64,000 nt of DNA from Trichormus sp. ATA11-4-KO1 (GTDB taxonomy: Bacteria > Cyanobacteriota > Cyanobacteriia > Cyanobacteriales > Nostocaceae), in the NCBI GenBank assembly GCA_019358915.1, contig JAHHIM010000007.1, positions 1 to 64,000 of the forward strand. Direction: 5' to 3'. This document shows, piece after piece, positions 31,901-42,294 of this stretch (position 1 is the first letter of the stretch; every line of letters begins with the position of its first letter). The translations under genes and the position numbers were made by a program. The notes beneath the pieces are model-generated. The model did no database searches. It saw only the letters and a list, made by a program, of their open reading frames with translations, and was not told the origin of the DNA.

Positions 31901-32556
31901 GGGATGTCAAGACTGGGGAATGCCTGGGTATATTATGTAGTCACACCAACATTGTCTCCTCACTTGTTTACAGTCCCGATGGCAAAATGCTGATTAGTTG
32001 CTGTGCAGATGCCTTAATTAGAGCTTGGGATGTGGCTACAGGGGAATGTCTGAAAACCTTTGAGGGACACACAAACGGCATCTGGTCAGCTAAATTCAGT
32101 CCTGACGGGCAAACCTTGGTGAGTAGCAGTGAAGATGCAACCATCAAAATTTGGGATTTTGAGACCTGCCAATGTCTAAAAACCCTGGAAGGACATACCC
32201 AAGCAGTAATTACAGTTGCTTACAGTCCTGATGGTCGTTTGTTAGCAAGTGGGGGAACTGACCAAATAGTGAGAATTTGGGATGTTGAGACTGGGGAATG
32301 CTTGAAAGTGCTGCAAGGTCATACACGATGGATTTATGCAGTTACTTTTATCTATCTTTACCCAGATAAAAATCCTCTGCTGGCTAGTAGCAGTGAAGAC
32401 CAAACTATCCAACTATGGGATGTTGACACTGGTGAATGTGTTAAAGTTCTCCGAACTCCCAGACCTTACGAAGATATGAATATTACAGGTGTTTGTGGGT
32501 TGACAAAATCTCAGCAATTGACACTTTTGGAACTCGGAGCAATTATGAGGAAGTGA
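28924..32556 (+). CDS. STAND protein: putative N-terminal HTH, NB-ARC NTPase, pentapeptide segment, WD40 repeats
   Basis: [22 protein letters not shown] helix-turn-helix-like; Walker A GIGGIGKT; Walker B LLILDN; GNPLAL; about 14 GH...WD repeats. Confidence 0.93.
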   Translation: MTVEEALVIVESILGKASLNDLQEIIFRQSWQQKTYPEIAEEFGYDADYIKIVGFRLWKSLSQAMGEKVTKDNLRASLRRWHSHQLITPTPLRLRSRQANSRSATLSASQLPTPQCDWGEAPDVSIFYGRSQELATLEQWIIQERCRLVALLGIGGIGKTSLSVKLGEKLQQNFEYVIWRSLHNAPSIESLLTTLIQVLSPQQENHLSAPIFEQISRLLTYLQKHRCLLILDNAEIILNACEGRTGQYRPGYEGYGELFKRIGEFRHQSCLLLTSREKPKEVAILEGEMLPVKSLPLSGLSIADGQAIFNCKGSFTGSSQEWQSLIQSYAGNPLALKIVATTIRDLFDSNIGNFIDEGTVIFGDIQDLIEQQFQRLSALEKEVMYWLSINREPVNFKEIQADLVLPISSAQLLEALEGLERRSLIEKGSGLFTLQPVLMEYMTSCLIQQTYTEIATQNISLFKTHALIKATAKDYIKEIQIYLILKPVIQKLLSVFGNTSQLANHLMSILASLRGKKPIVTGYVGGNTINLLRQMQVDLSGYDFSHLTIWQADLKGVNLYRTNFAHSDLTKSTFTANLSYTFTLAVSPDGSLLAIGDTLGKISLWQITDGQQCLTWEAHAGWVRSIVFSADGQTLFSGSDDQTVKQWDFTGRCLQVFSRMHTGFVWSVAQARQQHSHSSDLVLASGGMDQMVKLWNVQTGKCLKTLQGHTDWIWAIALTSNGQTLASASADRTIKLWHVNTGECLNTLQGHTSIVWSVKFSTDNKMLVSGSADGTVKIWDVVTGYCLQTLHGHTAHVWCVACSTDGKTIASGSGDTTIRFWDIHTGKCWKTLQGHSYTVRSLTFTPDGQTLIASDDNQTVKFWDLLTGQCFRTFCGHGSGVWALATFPLHNDPSSQILASGEDQTVKLWDIDTGKCIKTLKGHTNWVRTVAFHPQGKTIASAGADETVRIWDIDTGDCLQILRNHTNWLLSITYSPDGKTLASGGSDKQVRIWDVKTGECLGILCSHTNIVSSLVYSPDGKMLISCCADALIRAWDVATGECLKTFEGHTNGIWSAKFSPDGQTLVSSSEDATIKIWDFETCQCLKTLEGHTQAVITVAYSPDGRLLASGGTDQIVRIWDVETGECLKVLQGHTRWIYAVTFIYLYPDKNPLLASSSEDQTIQLWDVDTGECVKVLRTPRPYEDMNITGVCGLTKSQQLTLLELGAIMRK
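29186..29268 (+). repeat. In-frame STRR/SDR repeat insertion within the STAND gene
   Basis: ccccactccccttcgactgcgctcacggcaagcc aactcccgttcggctacgctcagcgccagcc aactcccaactcccc. Confidence 0.7.
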
Positions 32557-32900
32557 GTCTATGTTGTCTAGTCAAGCTGTCACTTTCTGGTCACATTATC
32601 AATTACACAAATGTTATATCAGTGAACAACAAGCTAATTGGTATTCATAATACCCGGTAATTTGGTATGTGCGGGAATTAGTGCGGTTAATTTGCTTAAG
32701 TTTAAAATTATTTATAATTGAGCTACCATTAAAAATTTTTAATAAACTCACGAAAATTCCTTATTTAATTTTACTCAAACAATTTTATAAATTTATTTTT
32801 TCTCAACGTTACCGATTAAAAACGGAACATTTTTTTAATAATTGTGCTCATAAAATTGTTCGCTGGTTTAAGACGGGAACATGAATGTAAGCACAAAGCT

Positions 32901-32931
32901 AAAACCCCAGTTTCTTGATGAAACCGGGGTT
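32901..32931 (-). terminator. ftsH terminator
   Basis: aaccccagtttc-ttgat-gaaaccggggtt hairpin with a T run on minus. Confidence 0.7.
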
Positions 32932-32952
32932 CGCTTAAAAAATATTCAACTA

Positions 32953-34839
32953 TTACAGTTGTGGTATGTACTGCGCTTTTTCAGGGACTTCAGCATACTC
33001 AGCCACAATTTGGCGGAATTCTTCGCCGTCAATGGTTTCTTTTTCAATGAGCAGATCCACTAAGCGATCGCAGACGGTGCGATGATCACGCATAATTTTC
33101 TTAGCGTTGTCGTAGCACTGTTCAACGATTTCGCGGACTTGAGCATCGATGCGGGAAGCAATGGATTCAGAGTACTCAGACCGGGTTGTCCAATCACGAC
33201 CCAAGAACACTTCTCCTTGTTGGCTTTCCAGCGACAACGGCCCTAAGTCAGACATCCCGAACCGGGTTACCATTTGCCGTGCCATTCCCGATAATTGCTG
33301 TAAGTCTCCACCAGCGCCAGTTGTCACTTCCGCAGGGCCAAACACAACTTCTTCAGCCGCACGACCACCCAAAGCACCAGTAATCCTGGCTTTCAGTTGA
33401 GAACGGGAAATTAAGCCTTGTTCTTCGTTGGGAGTAAACCAAGTCAAACCCTGTGCCTGTCCTCGTGGTATTAGAGTGACTTTTTGCACTGGGTCATGGT
33501 CTTTCAACAAAGTCCCGACTAAGGCGTGTCCTATTTCATGGTAGGCAATCAAGCGCTTGCTTTTGCTGTCTACCAAAGGAGTACCTTCCATCCCAGCCAC
33601 TACCCGATCTACCGCATCATCAATTTCGCGGATGGTGATAGCTTCTTTACGTCTTCTGGCAGTGAGAATTGCCGCCTCGTTGAGTAAGTTAGCTAAATCA
33701 GCGCCAGTGAAACCAGGAGTACGGCGAGCGATCGCATCTAAAGATACAGTGGGGTCGAGTTTCTTATTGCGCGCATGGACTTGTAAGACTTCCAAACGCC
33801 CTTTGATATCCGGTGCATCAACAGTTACTTGGCGGTCAAAACGACCGGGACGCAACAATGCTGAATCTAGTACATCGGGACGGTTGGTAGCAGCAATAAT
33901 AATGATGCCAGTATTACCTTCAAAACCATCCATTTCGGTCAGCAGTTGGTTAAGGGTTTGTTCCCTCTCATCGTTACCGCCGCCGATACCAGCACCCCGT
34001 TGCCGTCCCACGGCATCAATTTCATCAATAAAGATGATACAAGGAGCATTGTCTTTGGCTTTCTTGAACAAATCGCGGACGCGAGATGCACCCACACCGA
34101 CAAACATTTCTACAAATTCTGAACCAGAAATACTGAAGAAAGGTACACCAGCTTCCCCAGCGATCGCTTTTGCTAGTAAAGTTTTACCAGTTCCTGGAGG
34201 GCCAATTAACAGCACACCTTTGGGAATACGTGCGCCCACAGCAGTAAATTTTTCCGGCTGTTTGAGGAAGGTAACAACTTCTTGCAGTTCTTCTTTAGCT
34301 TCTTCAATACCTGCTACGTCGTCAAACTTCACTCCGGTTTTTGCCTCCATTTGGAAGCGAGCTTTGGATTTACCGAAGTTCATCGCTTGGCCTGGGCCAC
34401 CGGGAAGGTTACTAGAGCGACGGAACAAAAAGAACAATCCAGTAATCAATAAAATTGGAAAAATGAGATTCCCCAACAGTCCCCAGATTGCGCCATCATT
34501 CCGCATGGGGTGAGCATCAAAACTAATGTGTTTTTCTTTGAGCTTGCTAATTAACTCAGGAGAGTTAATCGGCAGATCAACCCGCCACCTCTGGACACGG
34601 TTTTCAATATCTTGATCGCGGGCTTCGACAATTGCTGTTCTACCGCCTTCATACAAATCCACACTGATGACACGGTTAGTATCTAAGTATTCTAGGAAGC
34701 GGCCATAGGTCATGCGGGTATTAGCTGCATTTCTACTCATGTCAGCAGGAGCGCCAGCAAACGCCCCTTGCCAAAAGAAAAAGCCAATTACCAAAGCAGG
34801 CAATGTCCAGAGTACCAGGACTCTCCAAGAGAATTTCAT
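32953..34839 (-). CDS. ftsH2: ATP-dependent zinc metalloprotease FtsH2 (D1 repair protease type)
   Basis: [11 protein letters not shown]...[13 protein letters not shown]-terminus, [13 protein letters not shown]. Confidence 0.93.
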   Translation of the reverse strand: MKFSWRVLVLWTLPALVIGFFFWQGAFAGAPADMSRNAANTRMTYGRFLEYLDTNRVISVDLYEGGRTAIVEARDQDIENRVQRWRVDLPINSPELISKLKEKHISFDAHPMRNDGAIWGLLGNLIFPILLITGLFFLFRRSSNLPGGPGQAMNFGKSKARFQMEAKTGVKFDDVAGIEEAKEELQEVVTFLKQPEKFTAVGARIPKGVLLIGPPGTGKTLLAKAIAGEAGVPFFSISGSEFVEMFVGVGASRVRDLFKKAKDNAPCIIFIDEIDAVGRQRGAGIGGGNDEREQTLNQLLTEMDGFEGNTGIIIIAATNRPDVLDSALLRPGRFDRQVTVDAPDIKGRLEVLQVHARNKKLDPTVSLDAIARRTPGFTGADLANLLNEAAILTARRRKEAITIREIDDAVDRVVAGMEGTPLVDSKSKRLIAYHEIGHALVGTLLKDHDPVQKVTLIPRGQAQGLTWFTPNEEQGLISRSQLKARITGALGGRAAEEVVFGPAEVTTGAGGDLQQLSGMARQMVTRFGMSDLGPLSLESQQGEVFLGRDWTTRSEYSESIASRIDAQVREIVEQCYDNAKKIMRDHRTVCDRLVDLLIEKETIDGEEFRQIVAEYAEVPEKAQYIPQL

Positions 34840-35159
34840 TTTAATTTGCCTCTAGATGCCAATACAATTAACCATCTCTAGGAACTGATGATGCTATCAC
34901 CCTGTTACTAGATTAGGTGTACAACGGACGTTTATAAATCCATTTTGTTTAATTTGATGTCCAATCGTTCATCGCCATAAAGTCGCTAGGGCATTACGGC
35001 GATGTCAATAAGAATCTTAATTAAAGTTAACTTAATTTTAATACACCTTGGATAAACGAGCAGAGAATTTAATAGCGATCGCTCTGCTATCAGCACTTTT
35101 CATCTGATTCAGGTAAGAGAGGGCTTTGTGTCGCCTTGCCCTCCCCCGCTCTATCCAGC

Positions 35160-35660
35160 TTACTTAACTTCTGTAATTTGTAACGTGTAAGGAAAATACT
35201 TGCCTTTTTCGTATGAACCCACCCAAATCTGGTAGTCTCCGGGAAGCCATTCACCAACTATGCCAGGATTTTTGCCCTCAAAATCGTCATTGCACCAAGT
35301 ACCGCCGGGGCCTTTGACAATCATGGTGGTGTCTTGAGGACTTTGTACTTGCAACTTCAGGTAGTCAAATGCACTTGTTAATTTCAATATATGCCCTGGT
35401 GTTTCATCCACAAATCCGGTACATGGACCAGTAAGTGATTCAGACCTCCCAGCCACTTTTTTACCAGGTACTGAGCCGCCACTCATACCCCGAACTATCA
35501 AAGGATCTGGGGAAAATTGTTTATTGATCGTGATATCTCCAAATATCGGTGGTGCTTCTTGAGCATTAGCTACAACATGAATTGCCCATGTGATGCCAAG
35601 TGTAACTATCATCAACGATAATTTTATCTTTTTGTTTAGCGCTGTTTTTGACATTGCCAT
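35160..35660 (-). CDS. Secreted hypothetical protein (PPC-like)
   Basis: Signal peptide, CTGF, GPGGTWCNDD, GDYQIWVGS. Confidence 0.75.
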   Translation of the reverse strand: MAMSKTALNKKIKLSLMIVTLGITWAIHVVANAQEAPPIFGDITINKQFSPDPLIVRGMSGGSVPGKKVAGRSESLTGPCTGFVDETPGHILKLTSAFDYLKLQVQSPQDTTMIVKGPGGTWCNDDFEGKNPGIVGEWLPGDYQIWVGSYEKGKYFPYTLQITEVK

Positions 35661-35942
35661 TTATATAAGTTTCTCAGTGTTTTGAAAGACATGAATTTTA
35701 CACGGTAAGTTCCCAGAATGAGAGAAATTGACTACCCATTGTAGATTTGGCATAGGAAATGAGTCATGAGTAAAAAGTCAACATTTACTGTGACTTTGGC
35801 TGCTTTGTATTAAAGTAAATTCGACAAGTACTGTATGACCTCTCCACGCCACTTGCTCTACTTAGAGAGCCTTCTCTCAGTGGGTTTACTTACTTGCAGA
35901 AGGCGGCGTGATACCAAGTTCCGAAAATAATGTGACAGCTGC

Positions 35943-36079
35943 GTAGTGGACTAACACGACTAAATTGATGCATGATGATTTTCTTGTGGAACAGGCATCT
36001 TGCCTGTTCTGGGCAGGCGAGGACGCCCACCCCACAATAATTATTTTTATGCACTCAATTAGCCTTGCCACGCCACTAC
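35943..36079. mobile_element. MITE-like element with imperfect TIRs and central REP-like hairpins
   Basis: GTAGTGG..CTAAATTGATGCAT versus reverse complement GTAGTGG..CTAATTGAGTGCAT; central ggaacaggcatcttgcctgttc. Confidence 0.55.
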
Positions 36080-36408
36080 ATTTCTTGTTAACTCAACCGC
36101 ATTGGATTATGACAAAGAAATAATCAAAAATGGACTAAAAGTATAAATAATAACCAGCAATTTTGGGCTTAATGAAATAATTTCAGATAGTATCCCATTG
36201 TTGTTGTCTAAAGTTTGTCAACGACTGATATCGCCTGGACACAAATAGCAAATCTGCTACTTCTATACATCTATAAAAAATATCCTTTGTGAAAGTCAAA
36301 AGGTAGAATATAGGTTATAACTTTAGACTTGTGAATTCCTCATAAACGCTACTTATAGTTAAGTGATTAGGTAACGATCGCCTAATTTTGTAAGTGAGGT
36401 AAACAATT

Positions 36409-36618
36409 ATGTCAGTACAAGTCATCCCATCAGAATTAATTGTGGAATTATCTACAGAGGAACAACAGCTGCTCTCTGGTGGAAGGCGGCGGTGTCCTCG
36501 GCGTGTCTTCGTCCCCCGTTGTGGTGCCTACAAACGCAGCAGAGGTGGATATGACGGCGGATATGACGGCGGATATGACGGCGGATACGGCGGCGGATAC
36601 GGCGGCGGATTTGATTAG
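36409..36618 (+). CDS. Small peptide with double-glycine-type leader and Gly-Tyr-Asp repeats
   Basis: RBS GAGGT; leader ...VELSTEEQQLLSGG; core RRRCPRRVFVPRC... (GGYD)3(GGYG)2GGFD. Confidence 0.7.
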   Translation: MSVQVIPSELIVELSTEEQQLLSGGRRRCPRRVFVPRCGAYKRSRGGYDGGYDGGYDGGYGGGYGGGFD

Positions 36619-36663
36619 GGTTAAGTTCTAGTTAGCTAAGGCTACAAACTAGGTACTAAATCA

Positions 36664-36713
36664 GCAAAGTAAAAAGGTAAGTGCTATTTCTGGCACTTAC
36701 CTTTTTACTTTGC
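36664..36713. terminator. Perfect 21-bp stem hairpin
   Basis: GCAAAGTAAAAAGGTAAGTGC-8nt-GCACTTACCTTTTTACTTTGC. Confidence 0.75.
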
Positions 36714-36882
36714 CGTGCAACACCAAATAAGTACCTACGCATAAATATTTAGCCATTTTTCCACACGAATGAAATGGCTGTATTCCCATACCGTCACCTG
36801 TCACCTTTCCTGGTATTTTGTCCGGATGCACTACAAAAAAACTGAATAAGAACTTATTACTAAATCTCCATGCCTAAAACTT

Positions 36883-37206
36883 ATGGACATGCCCCAACGC
36901 GTATCAGTTCGCTACAAAGACACGTCCTACAATCTTAACGAGATACGCTTGAAAACCTTCCGACTTGGTTTTCAAATATGGGATGAACAAACTAAACCTA
37001 GAAAAACTGAGCTTTATGATTTCATATTGTCTTGTTTGAAACAAGTTGACCGCCAAGATCGTTATATGTTTTCTCTGCTGTTTATAGAGTTGACAGACCT
37101 CATCCGCAATTCTCGACTTGAGAGAGGAATGAAGGAAGTTTTAATTAAAACAGCTTTTAGAGAGTTTGCTTGTGCGTTAACAGACTTTGAAGATGCTGCC
37201 AAATAG
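36883..37206 (+). CDS. Hypothetical protein
   Basis: 107 aa ORF with ATG start and no overlap; no recognised motif. Confidence 0.55.
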   Translation: MDMPQRVSVRYKDTSYNLNEIRLKTFRLGFQIWDEQTKPRKTELYDFILSCLKQVDRQDRYMFSLLFIELTDLIRNSRLERGMKEVLIKTAFREFACALTDFEDAAK

Positions 37207-37227
37207 AAATAACAACTAATCTGTTAT

Positions 37228-38508
37228 CTAGTTCGCATTATCGAAATTTTCAGGTGGTTGTGATGCTTCTTGTGCAGGAGATTGACTTTCTAGTTGTTCT
37301 AGGGGTTTTGAAATAGCTGGAAAATGCTGTTCTAGACGGTTGATAAATTCTGGAAAATGCTGTTCTAGACGGTTGAGAAGCTCTGGAAAATGCTGTTCTA
37401 GACGGTTGATAAATTCTGGGATTTCAGTTTCCGGCGGTTGAGTCTCAGGTGGTTGAGTCTCAGGTGGTTGAGTCTCAGGTGGTTGAGTTTCCGGCGGTTG
37501 AGTTTCCGGCGGTTGAGTCTCAGGTGGTTGAGTCTCAGGTGGTTGAGTTTCCGGCGGTTGAGTCTCAGGTGGTTGAGTCTCAGGTGGTTGAGTTTCCGGT
37601 GGTTGAGTCTCAGGTGGCTTTATTGAGGCAGTATTATCATTGTTTTCTACAGGTTCTCGACCAGCATCTAATAGGATTTGTCCTGTTTCCACAAAGGATT
37701 CTGCTGGGGAATTGCCTGTGATCATGTCTGGGCTGGGTGCATTTGCAGAATTAGCAGATAGCTGTAAAAAAGCTGGATTTTCAAGTACTCCCTCACCAGT
37801 TATGGGTGATTGTGCTGCTAAAGCTGCGGCAATTTCAGCTTGAATGCTGGCGATCGCGGGGTCTGGTGTAGACAAAAGATTGGATTTAGTTAAATTTAGC
37901 CCCCGAACTAAATCGCTCGTTTCATAAAAATTTCTTAAATCAAAATCGTATAAGCCCTGAAATTCGCCTTTAACTACAACTATTAACTGTCCTGCTTCCA
38001 GTACCTGATTTTGAGAAGCTTTCTGGTTAGAAACCTCTATCCCGCTATTTGTTAAAGCACCCACAATTGTGGTGTCTGTTTCTTGGTCATAGCGGACAAA
38101 TAATGCTGAACCACGAATTGCTGCGGCTGCGTTTGGTGTTTGTATACGTGTTTGTCCTCTTCCTGGCGGGATCAGCAACAAAACAGTTCCATTTGACAGT
38201 CTAAAGTTACGAGTCCTAGGTAAAAATCGAAATACAGCCTGTTCCCCAATCCTTGCCAAGGAGCCATCATTGAAACGCAAGTCTGCTAACGAAGCTCTAC
38301 CAGTGGATAACCCATCCCCAGGAATTATAGGATCTGCTTTGCGAGCTGGACGCCTCTTTTGACTTCTGGGAATCAGTTGCACTAAGTTGCGGAGGTTTTG
38401 AATCTCAGCGCGAGTTAAGGGAGTAATGGCATTTGCCCGATTTGGCAAAGGCAGGATTATCACCCCCCATAAACTAATCACTAAAAGTAGGAACAATCTG
38501 GGAAACAT
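37228..38508 (-). CDS. Secreted FecR-domain protein with Pro-rich tandem repeats
   Basis: Signal peptide; TGRASLADLRFNDGSLARIG and IQTPNAAAAIRGS FecR motifs. Confidence 0.88.
   Translation of the reverse strand: MFPRLFLLLVISLWGVIILPLPNRANAITPLTRAEIQNLRNLVQLIPRSQKRRPARKADPIIPGDGLSTGRASLADLRFNDGSLARIGEQAVFRFLPRTRNFRLSNGTVLLLIPPGRGQTRIQTPNAAAAIRGSALFVRYDQETDTTIVGALTNSGIEVSNQKASQNQVLEAGQLIVVVKGEFQGLYDFDLRNFYETSDLVRGLNLTKSNLLSTPDPAIASIQAEIAAALAAQSPITGEGVLENPAFLQLSANSANAPSPDMITGNSPAESFVETGQILLDAGREPVENNDNTASIKPPETQPPETQPPETQPPETQPPETQPPETQPPETQPPETQPPETQPPETQPPETQPPETQPPETEIPEFINRLEQHFPELLNRLEQHFPEFINRLEQHFPAISKPLEQLESQSPAQEASQPPENFDNAN
37318..37419 (-). repeat. 33-bp coding tandem repeat x3 (PEFINRLEQHF-like)
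   Basis: Units start at 37318, 37351, 37384. Confidence 0.9.
37423..37617 (-). repeat. 15-bp coding tandem repeat x13 (PPETQ)
   Basis: ttgagtctcaggtgg / ttgagtttccggcgg units. Confidence 0.95.
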
Positions 38509-38879
38509 AGTTGCAAAACTTCGCAGTTTAATTGATATAACAGCAGTTGAAAATATCAGGTTACAGATTTGGTTGGGTTAATTTATATGTCTCAAGAAGT
38601 CTACTTATTTACGTAATTTTGGTTTTTTATTCTAAGTTTTAAATTATACAGTTAAAAGATAACTATTGTATGTACTAAGTTACTTAAACTTATATAAAAT
38701 TTACAACATAAATACTCAGAGTTATTAAATAAAAAATTAATCTTTTACAAGAATAAAGCTATACAATTAAGAGACTTTCAACCCTGTGCCCTGTTTCCTA
38801 TTTTCCGTTCCCTGCTGTATATATACATGAATAACTAAAAACAAAGTTGAGTAATACTCATCGGAACTTATAATACAGG

Positions 38880-40229
38880 TTGTGTGGTTACTTTTGCCAG
38901 ACACAATTAATGCCATCTAGAGATCAGATGCAACGCATAGGGTGGAAAAAGTTGTTTACCATTTGGTTCTTATCCAGTGGTATGACTGTTTGCTGCATGA
39001 AGTTAGATGCTGCTTGGGCTGTAAATTTAGAAAACCAAGGTTGTCAGGATGAACTAAAGTCAAAAATGAAATCTTTGGTAAATACAAAGAAAATTTTTCA
39101 GCAATGCCAAAAGGGTAACTTAAAACTAGTTAATTCTCAGTTGCAGCAGTTCGATTTATTTGAGCTAACATCTACAGAACAAATACCGTTAAATATTACA
39201 CTAGCAAAATTACTAACTGCTCAGTCTAATCCTGAAGTAACAGAAAATACTGGCAATAACCAACAGCCGAATGAAACGCCGCAGCTAGAAACGCAGCCAA
39301 GGGATTTACTACCATCTTCACCAACACCAATAGACCAACTTTTGGATCAACCCCAAAAAGATAAAATTGAAAGGCTGGAGAGGTTAAGGCGGCGATTGCG
39401 TCAGGGAAGACAGCCAACTACTGATGAGTCAGATGGTTTTTCTGAATTGGGGTTGCGGGTGCGTCCCAGACCTTTAGCACAACCACCTCAGCCTGAGTTT
39501 AAACCTATAGGTAATTTACAAGTGCGTTTTGGCTATTACCACACAAGTAATGTTTTTTCTTCTGATGTTGATCCAGTAGAAGATGGCTTGATTTTTTCTG
39601 GACTGAGGCTAGCTACTATATATTTCCCTTTGGGATCTAGAACTTTTGTGAATGGCTCAATTGAGGGCAACTTGATTCGTTACGTAGACCAATCAACATT
39701 CAATTATAATCAAGTAAAATTTGACCTCGGTGTCTACCAACAGCTATCGCCACGAATGTATGGGGAAATTGGTTGGAGTAATCAACAGTTGTTCTTTGCT
39801 AACAATAGCGATCGCTTTAGAGCAGGCGATCGCTTTTTAGGCGAAAATTCTCTAAGTCTGTCTTTGGGACGGCGAGATCCTCTGACGCCAAAATTAATGC
39901 TCAATAGCTTTTATGAATTTAAACTGAATTTTGCTGACCCAAGTAGCCGTGATCGGATAATCAATTCTTTGTGGCTTTCTTTAAACTACAACTTACAACA
40001 GCCTCTCCAGGTTGGTCTTAACTACCAGTTGAACTTATCCAACTTTACGCAAAGGGAACGAGACGACCATTATCATCGGTTGTTTGGCCACTTAAATTAC
40101 CGAGTATCTGACTCTAGTAGGATTAATTTACAGAGTGGTTTTATATTTGGTGACTCTACAGATAATAATATTAATGTTGATGGTTGGTTTTTTTCTATTA
40201 ATTACAATTGGCAATTAGGTCAGTTTTGA
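38880..40229 (+). CDS. Putative outer-membrane beta-barrel protein
   Basis: Low-complexity N-terminal half, then alternating aromatic beta-strands and a terminal Phe; start uncertain (ATG 38910 or 38928). Confidence 0.75.
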   Translation: MCGYFCQTQLMPSRDQMQRIGWKKLFTIWFLSSGMTVCCMKLDAAWAVNLENQGCQDELKSKMKSLVNTKKIFQQCQKGNLKLVNSQLQQFDLFELTSTEQIPLNITLAKLLTAQSNPEVTENTGNNQQPNETPQLETQPRDLLPSSPTPIDQLLDQPQKDKIERLERLRRRLRQGRQPTTDESDGFSELGLRVRPRPLAQPPQPEFKPIGNLQVRFGYYHTSNVFSSDVDPVEDGLIFSGLRLATIYFPLGSRTFVNGSIEGNLIRYVDQSTFNYNQVKFDLGVYQQLSPRMYGEIGWSNQQLFFANNSDRFRAGDRFLGENSLSLSLGRRDPLTPKLMLNSFYEFKLNFADPSSRDRIINSLWLSLNYNLQQPLQVGLNYQLNLSNFTQRERDDHYHRLFGHLNYRVSDSSRINLQSGFIFGDSTDNNINVDGWFFSINYNWQLGQF

Positions 40230-40306
40230 TAGCTATCACAAAGTCAGAGAGAAAAGGGAAGATGGATGATCCTCTGACTTTTGCGATGAGTCTGATGTGA
40301 GAAACA

Positions 40307-41152
40307 TCAGGCGGTCTGTGATATTGGTGCTGACCCATAACTAATCCAGTCGCTCCAGCTACCAGCATAAAGTTTACCTGTATGAATGTTGGCTAGTTCT
40401 AACGAAAGTAAATTCACACAAGCTGTCACACCAGAACCGCAATAAACGAAAATTTCCTCAGCTTGGTCTAGCTTTTCCCAGCGCTGGCGTTGTTCTGGTT
40501 GGGTAAGTAGGTAACCGGAAGAATTTGTCACTTCTTGCCAAGGATAGTTGACTGCACCGGGAATATGACCGGCGATTTTATCTATTGGTTCTCGTTCACC
40601 TCGGTAGCGATCGCTTTCTCTGGAATCTACCAAAACTACTGCTGGTGAATCTTTACGATTTTTTACAGCCTCAATATCTACTACCAGTTCTGTGGTTATC
40701 TGGGGGATAAAATTACCTTGTTTAGGTTGGGGAATGACATCTGTGACGGTATAACCAGCTTGTTGCCATCCTGCAAAGCCTCCATCTAATACTGCTACCT
40801 GGTCATGTCCTAAATAGCGTAGTAACCACCAAAGACGAGATGCAAAAGCCAAGCGGGAATCATCATAAGCGACAACTAAAGTTTTTTGGGAATCTACCCC
40901 CATCGCGGCTAATTTTTTAGCTAGATCATTGGGGTGAGGTAGAGGATGTCTCCCGCCATGCTTACCTACGGGACTGGAAAGATCCTCATTCAAATCTAGG
41001 TAATAGGAACCCTTGATGTGACTGGCTTGGTATTGTTGTTTTCCTAGTTGTGGGTCAGCCAGAGAAAAGCGACAATCCACAATTACGACTTGTGGATCGT
41101 TAAGGTGTGCCAAAAGCCAAGTCGGAGAAACAACAATTTGGTTATCAGCCAT
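40307..41152 (-). CDS. Sulfurtransferase (tandem rhodanese, SseA-like)
   Basis: GRHPLP, GHIPGA, VYCGSGVTAC, LYAGSWSDW. Confidence 0.95.
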   Translation of the reverse strand: MADNQIVVSPTWLLAHLNDPQVVIVDCRFSLADPQLGKQQYQASHIKGSYYLDLNEDLSSPVGKHGGRHPLPHPNDLAKKLAAMGVDSQKTLVVAYDDSRLAFASRLWWLLRYLGHDQVAVLDGGFAGWQQAGYTVTDVIPQPKQGNFIPQITTELVVDIEAVKNRKDSPAVVLVDSRESDRYRGEREPIDKIAGHIPGAVNYPWQEVTNSSGYLLTQPEQRQRWEKLDQAEEIFVYCGSGVTACVNLLSLELANIHTGKLYAGSWSDWISYGSAPISQTA

Positions 41153-41286
41153 AAATAAATAGGGGACAGGGGATAGTGTTGGAATACAGCGATTTCAGTC
41201 GTGTGAAAACATGGCTAAATATTTATGTTTAGGTATTTAACAACTCACAATATATTCATTAGCTAGTTATTCGTGGAAAAATTGCC

Positions 41287-42219
41287 ATGCCAGAGTTTGA
41301 AAACTTTGTACCACAAGCAACAGCAGATGGTTCATTCACCTTTACTTCCCTAGAGTTTGGTGAATCTTTTCATAGCCATTTTGGAGCGAAGCAGGAGAGT
41401 TTCGCTAAATTTGTGGAACCTACACAACTAGCTAGAGCTGCTAATGCGCCGATTTTACGGATATTGGATATTTGCTATGGTCTAGGATACAACACAGCAG
41501 CAGCTTTGCAGACAATTTGGGCAGTGAATCCCAGTTGTTATGTGGAATTAATTGGTTTAGAGCTAAATTTAGCTGTGCCTCAAGCGGCGATCGCTCATCA
41601 CTTATTCGACAATTGGAACTACGAGTACACCAAAATTTTGGCCGAACTAGCATTTCAGCAACAAGTACAAACAGATCGCCTCCAGGCAAAACTACTAATT
41701 GGCGATGCTAGACGTTCGATTGCGTTATTACATCAATCAGGTTTCCAGGCTGATGCAATTTTTTTAGATCCCTTTTCACCACCACAGTGTCCTCAATTAT
41801 GGACTATTGAATTCATCCAAAATGTTTCTCAGTGTTTACACGCTGATGGCTTGTTGGCAACTTATTCTTGTGCTGCTGCTGTACGTACAGCACTGTTGTC
41901 TGCTGGGTTACAGATAGGTTCTACTCCACCTGTGGGTAGGCGATCGCCTGGTACAGTCGCAGCCCACCCAAGAGACGGGGGACAGGAAGCAAAATCCCTC
42001 TCGTCTCTTCTCCCTTCCATTTCCCTAGAAGAAAAAGAACATTTACAGACTCGTGCGGCTATTCCCTACCGTGATCCTCAATTAAACGATTCTGCGCACA
42101 TCATAGTGATGCGGCGACAACAAGAACAACAAGCTTGTTCACTAGAGCCGACATCTCGTTGGCGAAAACGGTGGTTCTTAGCAAATCAAAATACTGATTC
42201 TTGGGGAATTAGTTCGTAG
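41287..42219 (+). CDS. MnmC/MnmD-type tRNA methyltransferase domain protein
   Basis: TADGSFT, ESFHS, LDICYGLGYN, FLDPFSP. Confidence 0.85.
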   Translation: MPEFENFVPQATADGSFTFTSLEFGESFHSHFGAKQESFAKFVEPTQLARAANAPILRILDICYGLGYNTAAALQTIWAVNPSCYVELIGLELNLAVPQAAIAHHLFDNWNYEYTKILAELAFQQQVQTDRLQAKLLIGDARRSIALLHQSGFQADAIFLDPFSPPQCPQLWTIEFIQNVSQCLHADGLLATYSCAAAVRTALLSAGLQIGSTPPVGRRSPGTVAAHPRDGGQEAKSLSSLLPSISLEEKEHLQTRAAIPYRDPQLNDSAHIIVMRRQQEQQACSLEPTSRWRKRWFLANQNTDSWGISS

Positions 42220-42294
42220 TTGGGTGGCGATCGCAATTACAGGCTATTTTTCACGGAATTATGCTGTGTGCGGTAACTGGAGTCCTAATTTTTT

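Noticed and set aside
33557..34513. 318-aa plus-strand ORF
   Set aside because: Antisense shadow of the conserved ftsH AAA domain with no independent protein features.
37318..37617. 33-bp and 15-bp repeats as a CRISPR array
   Set aside because: Head-to-tail with no unique spacers, lengths are multiples of 3 inside an ORF, and no cas genes are present.
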